A stretch of 64,000 nt of DNA. It comes from a virus. Both the position numbers and the translations under genes were made by a program. Every line of letters starts with the position of its first letter. The stretch's first letter is position 1. The stretch spans positions 41,352 through 105,351 of IMG/VR virus record IMGVR_UViG_3300036852_000741, one strand, 5' to 3'. Below the pieces are notes generated by a model, which saw only the letters and a list, made by a program, of their open reading frames with translations, did not search any database and was not told the origin of the DNA. This document shows, piece by piece, positions 1 to 9,429 of this stretch.

Positions 1-4
1 CTGG

Positions 5-1972
5 GTGACGCGGCTGCAAGAGGCCGTCGAGGAGAGGACGGGCTACACCGTCGCGGAGAAGGGGCGGCTCGACCTGCTGGAGGCGGCGGCGACGGAGGGC
101 CGGGCGCTGCGCCGGGAACTGGACCTCATCGGCTGGAGCGTCCTCGACTACCTCAGCGGGCAGCCCCAGGAATTGCGCTTCGAGGAGCGCAAGAAGATGG
201 CCCAGCAGGCGCGCATGGTCTGGGCCCAGGACCCGCAGGCCGGCGCGGCGGTGGACCTCTCCAACGACTTCGTGTTCGGCCGCGGCGTGCCCAGGCCCAA
301 GTGTCGCGACGAGGCGGTGCAGGAGGTCGTGGACGAGGCGTGGGCCGATCCCGACAACCAGGCTGTGCTGACCTCTTACGAGGCCCAGATCGCGCTCAAC
401 ACCGACCTGGAGCTTCAGAGCAACCTCTTTTTGCTGATGTTCGACGGCGGCGAGGATGGCAAGGTCAAGCTCGGGCTGCTGGATCACGACACGGTGGAGA
501 ACGCGGTGCGCGATCCGCAAAACCGCCTGCGGGTCCTCTACTACGTCGCCAAGACGCGCCACTTCGAGTGGGACTTCACCCACGATCGCCCCGCTCTGCC
601 GGGTGCCGGCGGCAAGCCGCTGGTGTCCAAGACGATGTACTACGACCACTGGCGCAACGTGGCCGACGCCGAGGAGGAGGAACGAGAGGAGCCGCTTCCC
701 AAGCCGCCCAAGGAGAAGCACGCTGACGGCAAGGTGCGCCACGTGGCCGTCAACCGCACCGCGGAGATGGCCTTCGGGGTGCCGCGGATGCGGCGCACGA
801 TCCGCTGGTTCACGGCATACAACGACCTGCTCAAGGCGCGCGTGGACATGGCGCAGGCCGCCGCCGCGTTCATCATGAAGCGCAAGGTCCAGGGGACGCC
901 GACGCAGCTTGCCAAGCTGGCCGCCAAGGCGGTGTCGCGGAGGAGTGACCTGGCGGAGAGCGGCACGCTGACGGGCCCCCGGCCGGCGTCGGTGCTCAGC
1001 GAGTCAGAGACCGTCGAGCACGAGCCGCTGAGCCTGGACTCGGGCGCCGCCAACGCCGCCCAGGACGCGCAGATGATCCGCGCGCAGGTGAGTGCCGCCA
1101 CCCACTTCCCGCAGCATTACTTCGGCGGTGAGCCCGGCAGTTTGGCCGGGGCCACCGCCGCCGAGCTTCCGGTCATCAAGCACATCGAGGGGCGCCAGGA
1201 GGTGTGGGAGGGCGTCTTCCGCTGGTTCATCGACCGGGTGATCGAGAAGGCGGTGGACGACGGGCGCCTGGATCGCTACATCGAGGGCGAGGCGGCCGGG
1301 GGGCAGGGAGCCGAGGCGATCGGCAGCCCGAACGGCGGAGCGCCGGAGTGGGCGCCGGACCTGGGCGCACCGGCAGGCTCGCCGTATCTGGGCGAGGCCC
1401 ACGAGGACCAGGCCGACGACGAGCGCTCGACCGAGCGCGACCTGTCCTACGAGTTCTCGATGCCCAACGCGCTCAAGCGGATGATGGCCGACCTGGTGGG
1501 CGCGGTGACCAACATCGCGCGCACCTTCGACCCCAACAACACCAACGTCGAACTGAGCCGCATCCTGCTGGCGATCGTGCTGGGGGAGGGCCTGGAGGTC
1601 GAGGACCCGCAGGGCCTGGTGGAGCGCATCTTCCCCGAGGACTACGTGGACCCGGCGGTCGCAGCGGCGCAGGCGGCAGCCCAAGGCGGCGGCCCTCCGG
1701 GCGAAGGAGAGCCGCCGACGGCCACGGGCGCCGACGGCGAGCAGCACGGGGCAGGCAACCCATACGGGGCACCCATGAACTCGCCGTACCCCGAGGAGAT
1801 GGCGCAGGGGCTCAGCGAGGCGCGCTTCGGCGACCTCTCCGACGTGCTCCAGGTACGTCAGCGCGGCCGGGTCACCGAGGTCGAAAGGATGTTCAACGAG
1901 GAGGTGCGATCCGTCGTAGACGAGGCATTGGCGGGCCTGCTCGCCGGTGCGTCAACCAACGGCAAGCACTAG
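5..1972 (+). CDS. Phage portal protein
   Basis: 655 aa. Portal-like segments (AGAAVDLSNDFVFGRGV, AFGVPRMR..W, AATHFPQHYFG, RQEVW..VFR) and a low-complexity C-terminus. Lies upstream of a MuF-like gene in a head/tail cluster. The start codon is at the window edge. Confidence 0.8.
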   Translation: MTRLQEAVEERTGYTVAEKGRLDLLEAAATEGRALRRELDLIGWSVLDYLSGQPQELRFEERKKMAQQARMVWAQDPQAGAAVDLSNDFVFGRGVPRPKCRDEAVQEVVDEAWADPDNQAVLTSYEAQIALNTDLELQSNLFLLMFDGGEDGKVKLGLLDHDTVENAVRDPQNRLRVLYYVAKTRHFEWDFTHDRPALPGAGGKPLVSKTMYYDHWRNVADAEEEEREEPLPKPPKEKHADGKVRHVAVNRTAEMAFGVPRMRRTIRWFTAYNDLLKARVDMAQAAAAFIMKRKVQGTPTQLAKLAAKAVSRRSDLAESGTLTGPRPASVLSESETVEHEPLSLDSGAANAAQDAQMIRAQVSAATHFPQHYFGGEPGSLAGATAAELPVIKHIEGRQEVWEGVFRWFIDRVIEKAVDDGRLDRYIEGEAAGGQGAEAIGSPNGGAPEWAPDLGAPAGSPYLGEAHEDQADDERSTERDLSYEFSMPNALKRMMADLVGAVTNIARTFDPNNTNVELSRILLAIVLGEGLEVEDPQGLVERIFPEDYVDPAVAAAQAAAQGGGPPGEGEPPTATGADGEQHGAGNPYGAPMNSPYPEEMAQGLSEARFGDLSDVLQVRQRGRVTEVERMFNEEVRSVVDEALAGLLAGASTNGKH

Positions 1973-1978
1973 GAGGGC

Positions 1979-2170
1979 ATGGGAATGCTTGCGCTCTCTC
2001 GCGCCGATACCGTCTCGGTCGAGGCGCTGCTCGTGGGCCTGCTCGTCACGGTTCTCGTGGCGGCGGTCGTGTACTTCGGAGGACGGGAGGTGGCCCCGCG
2101 GTGGGCGGGAGGCGGCGCCTTCATCGTCCTGCTCGTCGGCTGCCTGCTGACGCTGCTCGCTGCGCTGTAG
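1979..2170 (+). CDS. Small membrane protein (2 TM)
   Basis: 63 aa, two hydrophobic stretches, AGGAGG RBS directly after the portal stop. Confidence 0.6.
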   Translation: MGMLALSRADTVSVEALLVGLLVTVLVAAVVYFGGREVAPRWAGGGAFIVLLVGCLLTLLAAL

Positions 2171-2324
2171 AGGGGAACGGGGTGTTTGAGCATGGTCTTT
2201 TTCAGCACGGAGACGCCGGGGATCGTGGGCTTCGCGGTGCACGTAGGGCCACTGGCGGTGTGCCTTGCCCTGGGCCATATCCCCACCATGGAAGCGGTTG
2301 GCGCGGCCGTAGACTCCGGGGCAG

Positions 2325-2561
2325 ATGGCGTTCCCTCGCGAACTCGGGGTAGCTCTAGCCGCGTTGCCTAGACCACCAGGGGTGGGGACCGACGCGGTGG
2401 CGTCCTGGTATTCGGTCCCCACCCGGCCCTTTCTCGCATGTTTGGTGCGCGGGCATGACTGGACTCAGCAGGCGCAGATAGACGCACCGTCGGGCCGGCG
2501 TTTCACGGTGTACCTGTGCGCCCAGTGCGGGGTGCGCATCCAGTACGACGAGTCGTTCTGA
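2325..2561 (+). CDS. Small putative Zn-ribbon protein
   Basis: CLVRGHDW...CAQCG motif. The stop overlaps the next start (TGATG). True start uncertain. Confidence 0.4.
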   Translation: MAFPRELGVALAALPRPPGVGTDAVASWYSVPTRPFLACLVRGHDWTQQAQIDAPSGRRFTVYLCAQCGVRIQYDESF

Positions 2562-5500
2562 TGGCGGCGCGGCGCCCGCAGCCCGCACCACCGCCGAGCT
2601 TTGACCAGGCAGCCCAGGGGCAGGACGCCGGCTCGCTCAGTGCGCCGGTAGCCGGCCTCGCCGTCGGGGGTGTGGGCGCTGGTGCCGGAGTGGGCGCCGG
2701 CTACGTGGCGGGGGCCGTCACCGCCGCCGCGGGCGCTGCCGCGATCGCCAAGGCCACCAAGGCGATCCTCGCCGCGCTCGTGCGGTTCTTCAGGCGCAAG
2801 AACGCCGACGACCTGGTGTGGCTCGTGGGCGCCCTGCGCCAGGCCCGAGCGGCGGAGGGCGTCACCGACGACGAGCTACGCGCGATCGCCCGCGACGAAA
2901 TCAAGCTGGAGCAGCAGTTTCAGAAGAAGGCGATGGCCCGCTGGGCCGCGGCGCTGCCCAGGCTCCTGGCGATCGCCGACCCGCAGGAGCGTAACTCCGC
3001 GATCGCCAAGTTCCAGGCCCTCGAACGCCACTATCTCAACCTGCGCCAGCAGGCGATGGTCACCCGCGCCGACTCCCGCATCGAGCAGCGCCTGCTCAAG
3101 GAGCTATCCCCCCGCGGCGCCTACTGGAAGCTGTCGCCCTTCGTGATGAAGTCCACCCCCGACTGCATCGCCCTCGCCGGCAAGGTGTGGCCGTGGAGCG
3201 TGATAGATGCCGTGGGCCCACCGCCCCGGCATTTTGGTTGCGCGTGCACCCTCTACGGAGTGGACGAGGCCAAGGCCGCCGGCTGGATCACCGACGCCCA
3301 GGTCCCCACCGACGAGCACGCCGCGCTGCGCCAGGCCCGCGACCTCCTGCGCCGAGCCGAGAAGCTGGAGGAGGCCGTCGGCGAGCACTTCGACCACTGG
3401 GCGGCTTATCACGACGGTAAGACCGAGGACCCCCCCACCCGGGTTGCTGCCCTCGCGCTCGACCACTTTTTGGAGGAGGGCCACAAACCAAAAGCTACGC
3501 AGGCGGAGGAAGCGGCCTACGAGGAGCACCTCCACCCCCGAAACCGACTCGGGCGCTGGGCCGAGGTCCTCAAGTACAACCCCCACCTCCCCGGCGAGGC
3601 GCGCAACAGCCGCTACCGCGACGCCGAAGGCAAGCTCACCGGGCACATCGAGTACGGGCCGAAGTTCCTGGACCTCCCCGCCCGCCAGCAGGAGCACGTG
3701 CTCGCCCACGAGATAGGCCACGACCTGGACGACGACCTGCTGCGCGACCCGCACTCCTGGGTGTGGGACGAGTGGAACTGGGCCGACCGCGCCTTCGAGC
3801 ACCTCATGGGCGGGCCGAACACCACCCCGGGCGAGCGCATCGCAGACGCCTACGCCGCCGCGTTCGTGGGCAGCGTCGAGGACGCCGTGCGCTGGCCGGC
3901 GGTGCTGCGCATCGCCCAAGAGGCCAAGGCGCGCGGGCTCCCGATCCACGAGCGCATCGAGGCACTGCTGCCCGAGGAGCCCAACGACGAGCCCGGCGAG
4001 GTGCTGGCCGACCTGGACTGGCGCGCCGGCTACGAGGGGCGCAGGCGCTGGGAGGCGCTACCCGACGACGCCTGGGTGTGGCTGTTTCACGCCACCCGCC
4101 GTGAGGACGCCGAGGCGTTCGCGCAGCGCGGCATCGACCCGCTGGCCAAGCCGCGTTCGCTGGCGCGCGAGCGCTACGAGGCCGGCGAGCACGCCACCTT
4201 CCAGCCGGGTGCCGGCGTCGGCGGCGGCCTGTACGTCTCCCCCACCGCGCATGGCGCCAGCGGCTACGGCCGCGAGCTACTGGCGGTCAAGGTCCGCAAG
4301 CGCGACGTGATCGTGCCGCCCGAGCAGCACGGGGCGACGGTGGCGATGGCGCTGGGCGTCAGCGACGCGATGGTGGCCAGGGCGATCCCACCCGAGCACG
4401 TGCGACGCATCGAGACCGGTGGACGGGAGCTAGCGCCGGAGGCGGCAGCGGCGCTCCTGCGCGAGCCGAAGGCCGAGCCCGCCCGGCGACTGTACGGGGC
4501 GACCCCCGAGCGCCTGGCCGACTTCGCCGCGGCGCTGCACAGGCTGGACCGGATCACCCGGGCGGACGTGGAGGCGGGGCGAGTGCCGGGCGTGGCGATG
4601 GGCGGGCTGGCCGCGGGCGTCGCGGGACGTGCGGACCTGGCGGAGGGGACGATCACGCTCACCCCGAGCAGCTTCAACGCGGACGGCACGATCGACTCCG
4701 TGCACTTCGCCCACGAGGTCGGGCACTTCCTCGTGCACGCGGTCCTGCGTGACGGCAAGGTGCCACCCGAGCTTGAGGCGATGGCGGCGGGGCATGGTCG
4801 GGCCGAGGGGCGCTACGGCAAGATCGCCGGGGAGGGCGCCAGGCTGTTTGGGCCGGACGCCAAGCTGCCGGAGGAGTTCATCGCGGACTCCTACGCCGAC
4901 CTGATCCACGGCCGAGCGGAGTTCTCCTACGTGCCGGGCCTGGACGGACCCGATGATCCCGAGTCCCGCGAGGCGGCGCTGCGCGAGTTCGACGCCAGGC
5001 CGCAGACGCGGTGGCTGCGCTGGCTGGCGGGCGTGGCCGGGGAGCACGGCCTGCCCGACCGGGGCCTGTGGCGGTTCGTGCGCGACGAGGACGGCATCTA
5101 CCGACTCGTGGCGCGTGAACTCCAGGAGGCCGAGTACGACGACACGCTGCACCCAAGGGGCCGCCTTGAGACGGTCGGGCATGAACTGCCACGGCTGGAG
5201 TGGGTGGACCCGCCGCCGCTCAAGCCCAGAACCGGCGAGCGCAAGGCGGGCGGTTTCACCGCGACCGGCCAGACGACTACCAAGCTCGGCGACCTGATCG
5301 AGGGCCTGCTTGTGGGCCAGCTTGGACTGCGGTCGCTGCTGCCGGAGGGCGGGCGCCAAAGCCCGCTGGACGCGGGGATTGGCGAGTGGGGCTTCGAGGT
5401 CAAGGTGGTCACGACGGCGGCGTCCGAACTGAAGATCAAGCCCAAGAAGCACGAGGTGGCGAGCAAGGTCGCCTACGCGCAGGAGAACGGGCTGACGGCG

Positions 5501-5638
5501 GCGTCGATGATCGTGGTGGTGGACGTGGACGCCAAGAGGGCGTGGGCCTATTGGCGTGAGGGGATCGGCGCCTACCGACTCACGAGGGAGCCCCCGTGGC
5601 ATTTCATGGGGTCGCTGGAGCTACCGGCGGCGGCGTGA
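2561..5638 (+). CDS. MuF-like minor head protein fused to effector domains (2x HEXXH peptidase, ART-like, C-terminal PD-(D/E)XK nuclease)
   Basis: MuF signature (PDCIALAGKVW..PPRHFGCAC); HEIGH and HEVGH; LFHAT...GLYVSP; LDAGIGEWGFEVK. ATG at 2561 chosen because of the TGATG coupling. Confidence 0.7.
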   Translation: MAARRPQPAPPPSFDQAAQGQDAGSLSAPVAGLAVGGVGAGAGVGAGYVAGAVTAAAGAAAIAKATKAILAALVRFFRRKNADDLVWLVGALRQARAAEGVTDDELRAIARDEIKLEQQFQKKAMARWAAALPRLLAIADPQERNSAIAKFQALERHYLNLRQQAMVTRADSRIEQRLLKELSPRGAYWKLSPFVMKSTPDCIALAGKVWPWSVIDAVGPPPRHFGCACTLYGVDEAKAAGWITDAQVPTDEHAALRQARDLLRRAEKLEEAVGEHFDHWAAYHDGKTEDPPTRVAALALDHFLEEGHKPKATQAEEAAYEEHLHPRNRLGRWAEVLKYNPHLPGEARNSRYRDAEGKLTGHIEYGPKFLDLPARQQEHVLAHEIGHDLDDDLLRDPHSWVWDEWNWADRAFEHLMGGPNTTPGERIADAYAAAFVGSVEDAVRWPAVLRIAQEAKARGLPIHERIEALLPEEPNDEPGEVLADLDWRAGYEGRRRWEALPDDAWVWLFHATRREDAEAFAQRGIDPLAKPRSLARERYEAGEHATFQPGAGVGGGLYVSPTAHGASGYGRELLAVKVRKRDVIVPPEQHGATVAMALGVSDAMVARAIPPEHVRRIETGGRELAPEAAAALLREPKAEPARRLYGATPERLADFAAALHRLDRITRADVEAGRVPGVAMGGLAAGVAGRADLAEGTITLTPSSFNADGTIDSVHFAHEVGHFLVHAVLRDGKVPPELEAMAAGHGRAEGRYGKIAGEGARLFGPDAKLPEEFIADSYADLIHGRAEFSYVPGLDGPDDPESREAALREFDARPQTRWLRWLAGVAGEHGLPDRGLWRFVRDEDGIYRLVARELQEAEYDDTLHPRGRLETVGHELPRLEWVDPPPLKPRTGERKAGGFTATGQTTTKLGDLIEGLLVGQLGLRSLLPEGGRQSPLDAGIGEWGFEVKVVTTAASELKIKPKKHEVASKVAYAQENGLTAASMIVVVDVDAKRAWAYWREGIGAYRLTREPPWHFMGSLELPAAA

Positions 5639-6021
5639 CGTAGGTAGCCTGCGCGGCCCCGACGGAGGAGTGCGCGTGCCGAGCCCCCGCCGCAAGTCCG
5701 ACGACCCGCCGCCGGCACCCCGGGTGGTTCGGGGCCCTGGCGACGGGTGGCGCTACACCGACAGGGAGACCGGCGAGACGATCGGCTACGTCGAGGCGTT
5801 CACGCGGATGAGCGCTCGCAAGTTCCGCTTCAAGAAGAAGGCCAAGGAGTAGGCTGCCGGCTGGCGGTGCTGGCGAGACTCCACGGCCGAGTCCTGCGGG
5901 GCGTTGAGGCCAAGAACGAAGCTGCGCGATGAGCGACCGGGTGCGCGCGTAGCCCCTCGTCTGGGGGCACCCGGGCTAGCGCCGCCCCCTCGAACGCCTC
6001 AAGCCAGTACCTTGCCGCGCC

Positions 6022-6174
6022 ATGACCAACACCAATCTGCGAGTAATCGTGGCGGGCCTGGTCGTGACGGCCGCGACCGTCGGGCTCTACGCGATCGAGG
6101 CGCCGTTGTGGCTTCTGGCGCTGGTGAGCGTGGTGGGCTCCCTGTCGATGATCGCCTGGGCGTTTGACGAGTGA
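6022..6174 (+). CDS. Small membrane protein (50 aa, not in ORF track)
   Basis: MTNTNLRVIVAGLVVTAATVGLYAIEAPLWLLALVSVVGSLSMIAWAFDE; GTGA coupling to the next ORF. Confidence 0.55.
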   Translation: MTNTNLRVIVAGLVVTAATVGLYAIEAPLWLLALVSVVGSLSMIAWAFDE

Positions 6175-6458
6175 GCGCTGGGGCGTCCGGGCCGGCTGAG
6201 AGACTGGCGGGCCCGACCTTCCAGGAGGCCCACATGCGCGAGGCGATCATGAGTGAGCTAGCGGCACGCAACGGCGGGCCGGGACTCACGGCCCGTGAGC
6301 TTGCCAGCTTCCTGCACGCGCCCGAGGCGATCGTGCGCAACATGCTCGCGGCGCTCGTGTTCCGCGAGAAGTGCGTGACGTGCGATGCGCGTGGCCGCTT
6401 CTCTATCGGTGAGCCCTCGGCGCTGCTGGCCGCCGGGCCGATGCCGCTGGGGGCGTGA
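6171..6458 (+). CDS. Putative winged-HTH DNA-binding protein
   Basis: GLTARELASFLHAPEAIVRNMLAAL followed by a short beta wing. Confidence 0.45.
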   Translation: MSAGASGPAERLAGPTFQEAHMREAIMSELAARNGGPGLTARELASFLHAPEAIVRNMLAALVFREKCVTCDARGRFSIGEPSALLAAGPMPLGA

Positions 6459-6694
6459 TGGCCGAGGCCGAGGAGAACGGCTGGATTCGGTGTGAGCGCA
6501 GCCACGAGGTCAAGGTGGGCGTGCTCTCCGGTCGGCTTGTGGTCCTGTACGTCAACGTGGACGGCCGCGCGGCGAGCCTCTCGCTGCTGGACCCGGAGGT
6601 CGCGCGCGAGCTTGGTGACGCGCTGGAGGCGGCGGCGGTGAAGGTCGGGGCGCCGATCCGCGCGGCGCATGAGAACCCGAGGGCGGGGCGGTGA
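6455..6694 (+). CDS. Hypothetical protein
   Basis: Coupled ORF with phage-like GC3 codon use. Confidence 0.55.
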   Translation: MMAEAEENGWIRCERSHEVKVGVLSGRLVVLYVNVDGRAASLSLLDPEVARELGDALEAAAVKVGAPIRAAHENPRAGR

Positions 6695-6936
6695 GCATCG
6701 AGCGCATGTTCTACTGCGAGGGGCCGGGCTGTGGCGACCAGCACGACGACGGCCTGCCGGTGCACGCCATCACCGCGAGCCCGTACCCCCATCTTCCGAT
6801 GGGCTTCATCGAGACCCGCCAGCGCCAGGACGGCGAGGACTTCGAGCACCACTTCTGCTCGTGGGACTGCTTGATGAAGTACGCCGCCCAGCACCCACCG
6901 CCGGAGATGATCGAGGTGGAGGACCCCGGCTCGTGA
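6691..6936 (+). CDS. Small Zn-finger protein
   Basis: YCEGPGC...HFCSWDCL. Confidence 0.6.
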   Translation: MSIERMFYCEGPGCGDQHDDGLPVHAITASPYPHLPMGFIETRQRQDGEDFEHHFCSWDCLMKYAAQHPPPEMIEVEDPGS

Positions 6937-7398
6937 ACGCCGAGGATGAGCGGCGGCTGGCGCACGCGTTCTGGCGCGGCTACTACTTCGGCGCGGCCGT
7001 CGGGGTCGCCGGGTTCGTCGGCGGGATGCTGTTGGCGAGGCTGGCCTGATGCGAGGGAAGCAAGCCCCGACGCGCGGGGAGTGGGGGCGGATGCCGGCGG
7101 CCTTCGGCGCGATGATTGTCGTGGGCTTGTACCTGCGCTGGGCCGACCCGCCCGTTGGCCTCGGCTTCGTTGTCCTGCTGGTGTGCAACCTCATCGTGGG
7201 GCGGTGGGTCGAGCATGGCTGAGGGGCAGTGATGGATCGGCTTGGGCCGCGCTGCGGGTGTTGCGGGCAGCCGCTGGACCCGCCGCTGGACTTCCTGGCC
7301 CGAGTGGTGATGCGGGGTGCGGCGACGTGGCTGTGGACGCTGCCCTGCCGAATCTGCGAGGCGTTCGCCCGGCTGCGGGCGCTGCGTGACGGGGGTCC

Positions 7399-7677
7399 GT
7401 GGTGACTGGCGCCCCGCGGGAAAAGCGACTGTCCGTGTTCCGGCGGGTCTACCTGTTCGCCCGCGACTACTTCAGCGAGTTCGGCATCGCCTGGTCGTTG
7501 GCGCGGATGCACGACTGCGAGCGCAACGGCGGACACCGCTGGGGCGACGTGCAGCCCGACGAAACGATGGGCCGCGGGCAGACCTGCTCGCGCTGCGGGA
7601 CCTTCCGTGGCGTGACGAAGACCAGCGGGACGGCTGTCACGAACACGCCGCTGTCTGTCCAGATGCGGACGAAGTGA
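7399..7677 (+). CDS. Hypothetical Zn-ribbon protein (array cassette)
   Basis: C...GHRW...CSRCG; ends in the junction repeat. Confidence 0.5.
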   Translation: MVTGAPREKRLSVFRRVYLFARDYFSEFGIAWSLARMHDCERNGGHRWGDVQPDETMGRGQTCSRCGTFRGVTKTSGTAVTNTPLSVQMRTK

Positions 7678-7689
7678 CCGAGGACAGAG

Positions 7690-7887
7690 ATGACGGTGTT
7701 TGCAGCGTTCAACGATGAGCAACTTGACGAACTGACGGAGGCATTGGATGCCGCCTACCGCGAGGGCGGTTTCGACACCGAGGGCGATCTTGCAGGCGCG
7801 TTACGCACTGAGCATGAGGCGCGTGCAAGGCCGATGGCCAAGGCTCATGGGGCGCCGCCCTGCACGCCCAAGGAGTGGGGGCGTTGA
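7690..7887 (+). CDS. Hypothetical acidic protein (array cassette)
   Basis: GAGGA RBS; lies between two junction repeats. Confidence 0.55.
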   Translation: MTVFAAFNDEQLDELTEALDAAYREGGFDTEGDLAGALRTEHEARARPMAKAHGAPPCTPKEWGR

Positions 7888-7915
7888 TAGCTGCCACATC
7901 GCGGACGGAGAAGCC

Positions 7916-8146
7916 ATGAGGCGCCGCCTCCTGCTGCTGTGGCTGCGCACCGGCTACCGGCCGCTCGCGCGGCTACTCCACCGCTTCGACCTGCACCACA
8001 CCGTTCGCATGGGCCCGCTGGAGGACGGCGTGACCGTCCACCGCTGCGAGTGGTGCGGCGTCAGCAGGACCGAGGTTCCGATGGAGGTCACGATGCGCCG
8101 GATGGCTGCTGCTTCGCGGACGACCGGAGGGACGCCGAATGCCTGA
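7916..8146 (+). CDS. Hypothetical protein with CxxC (array cassette)
   Basis: Starts after the repeat GGAG; H...CEWCG; ends AAASRTTGGTPNA. Confidence 0.6.
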   Translation: MRRRLLLLWLRTGYRPLARLLHRFDLHHTVRMGPLEDGVTVHRCEWCGVSRTEVPMEVTMRRMAAASRTTGGTPNA

Positions 8147-8342
8147 CTGGCAGCAGAACGAGTACGGCAACTGGGTTCCTGCCGAGCCGCTGGAAGGCAC
8201 GTTCGGGCTGCGATGGGAGTTCGCGTGGCAGCATCGCCGCTCGCTGGGCCAAAACATCGTTCGTGCCGTCGTGGGCGGCTGGCGCGACACGCGCACCGTC
8301 GATCGGCTGGCTGCTACGTCGCGGACGGAGAGCCAGCGATGA
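8139..8342 (+). CDS. Hypothetical protein (array cassette)
   Basis: Ends AATSRTESQR; coupled to both neighbours. Confidence 0.6.
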   Translation: MPDWQQNEYGNWVPAEPLEGTFGLRWEFAWQHRRSLGQNIVRAVVGGWRDTRTVDRLAATSRTESQR

Positions 8343-8572
8343 CCCAGCGGGATCGGCGGCAATTGTCACAAACGGCGCTCGCGGAGACTCCACTAGATAT
8401 GAGCCAACCCCGCAAGACCGCAGACGACCTGCTCCGCGAGTGGATGCAGGAGAACGACGACGCCAAGCGCGCAGTCCTCCGCAGGCAGTACTTCGACGCC
8501 AGAGCCATCGAGCTTCGTCGCCCGGCGAAACGACGGGCCGCCCCTAAGCGGACGACCGGAGAGACGCCATGA
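8339..8572 (+). CDS. Hypothetical protein (array cassette)
   Basis: ATGA coupling; ends AAPKRTTGETP. Confidence 0.55.
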   Translation: MTQRDRRQLSQTALAETPLDMSQPRKTADDLLREWMQENDDAKRAVLRRQYFDARAIELRRPAKRRAAPKRTTGETP

Positions 8573-8835
8573 GCGAGTGCGATTGCCCGCACATGCCCGG
8601 ACGCCCCCCGGCGTACCACGCGATCGACTGCCCGCTCGCGCCTCCTGGGGACCAGAAGGTCATCTTCGAGGAACACGCCATCGAGGCGATCGGATGGCTC
8701 AGCGCCGAACTGGCGGGTCGCGCCGACGCCTGGAACGGCAACGCGCCCGACTGGTTCCCTGAGCCGCCCGAGTTCCTCGACCTGTGGCGTCAGGCGTTGG
8801 CTTCTACTAAGCGGACGACCGAGGGGACGCCGTGA
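8569..8835 (+). CDS. Hypothetical protein, Cys/His N-terminus (array cassette)
   Basis: CDC..H..DC; ends ASTKRTTEGTP. Confidence 0.6.
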   Translation: MSECDCPHMPGRPPAYHAIDCPLAPPGDQKVIFEEHAIEAIGWLSAELAGRADAWNGNAPDWFPEPPEFLDLWRQALASTKRTTEGTP

Positions 8836-8990
8836 GCTACCCGTTGCTCTGTCAACGCTGCGGTCGCCCGGCCGGTCTGACAAGCGAGCCCAAGCAGCCC
8901 GATCCCGAACGGGTGGTCGTACGGTGCTGGGACTGCCATCGCCGTGGGCGCATCTCGCTGGCTGTCCCTAAGCGGACGGAGAAATCGTGA
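8832..8990 (+). CDS. 52-aa Zn-ribbon protein (array cassette, not in ORF track)
   Basis: MSYPLLCQRCG...RCWDCHRRGRISLAVPKRTEKS; GTGA coupling at both ends. Confidence 0.6.
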   Translation: MSYPLLCQRCGRPAGLTSEPKQPDPERVVVRCWDCHRRGRISLAVPKRTEKS

Positions 8991-9121
8991 GCGCGGTCTA
9001 CTGGTTCATCCGGTATCTGCTGGCGCTCTGCTTCCGCCGCCCCGACGCCGTTGCGATCTATCGGTCGATGGCTGCTACTTCGCGGACGATCCAGCAGCCA
9101 GCGGAGGGCGAGGGCCCATGA
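8987..9121 (+). CDS. 44-aa protein (array cassette, not in ORF track)
   Basis: MSAVYWFIRYLLALCFRRPDAVAIYRSMAATSRTIQQPAEGEGP; coupled at both ends. Confidence 0.5.
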   Translation: MSAVYWFIRYLLALCFRRPDAVAIYRSMAATSRTIQQPAEGEGP

Positions 9122-9429
9122 CGGAGCCGCGCAATGAGCCGCCAGCTTCCGCTCCGCGGGAAACTCAGAAGCTGGCCGATCCGGACGTGGCCTTCATCCT
9201 TGAGCGACTCAGGCAATCGGGCAGGGAGAAGGACGAGCCGGTGCTGGCGCTTGCGGCGGCGCTCGTCGTGGCCGAGGCCGAGGTCGAGCGGCTGCGCGAG
9301 GCGCTGCGCCGGATCGCCGAGGAGCCGTGCCCGCATCCCGGACCAACCGTCCCGATGTGCCCCTACTGCGCTGAGGATGCGCGCGAGGCACTGGCGCTCG
9401 GTATGCGGACGACCGGAGGGCCGACGTGA
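9118..9429 (+). CDS. Hypothetical coiled-coil/CxxC protein (array cassette)
   Basis: AEVERLREALRRIA...CPYCA; ends ALGMRTTGGPT. Confidence 0.6.
   Translation: MTEPRNEPPASAPRETQKLADPDVAFILERLRQSGREKDEPVLALAAALVVAEAEVERLREALRRIAEEPCPHPGPTVPMCPYCAEDAREALALGMRTTGGPT

Larger units (their letters stand above)
7653..9420 (+). repeat. Nine copies of junction repeat GGCTGY-N6-GCGGACG(ACC)GGAG separating small ORFs
   Basis: GCGGAC cores start at 7665, 7901, 8116, 8321, 8548, 8811, 8972, 9082 and 9405. An orphan copy is at 14825. Confidence 0.85.

Noticed and set aside
7653-9420. Junction repeats as a CRISPR array or classical integron attC sites
   Set aside because: Spacers are 110-323 bp and protein-coding, and the repeats are degenerate. 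No cas genes, no GTTRRRY/RYYYAAC inverted cores and no integrase seen.
7653-9420. Resemblance of the reverse-complement core (CGTCCGCWTA in some copies) to a XerC arm of dif
   Set aside because: Only a partial match, with no recognisable XerD arm; not supportable by eye.
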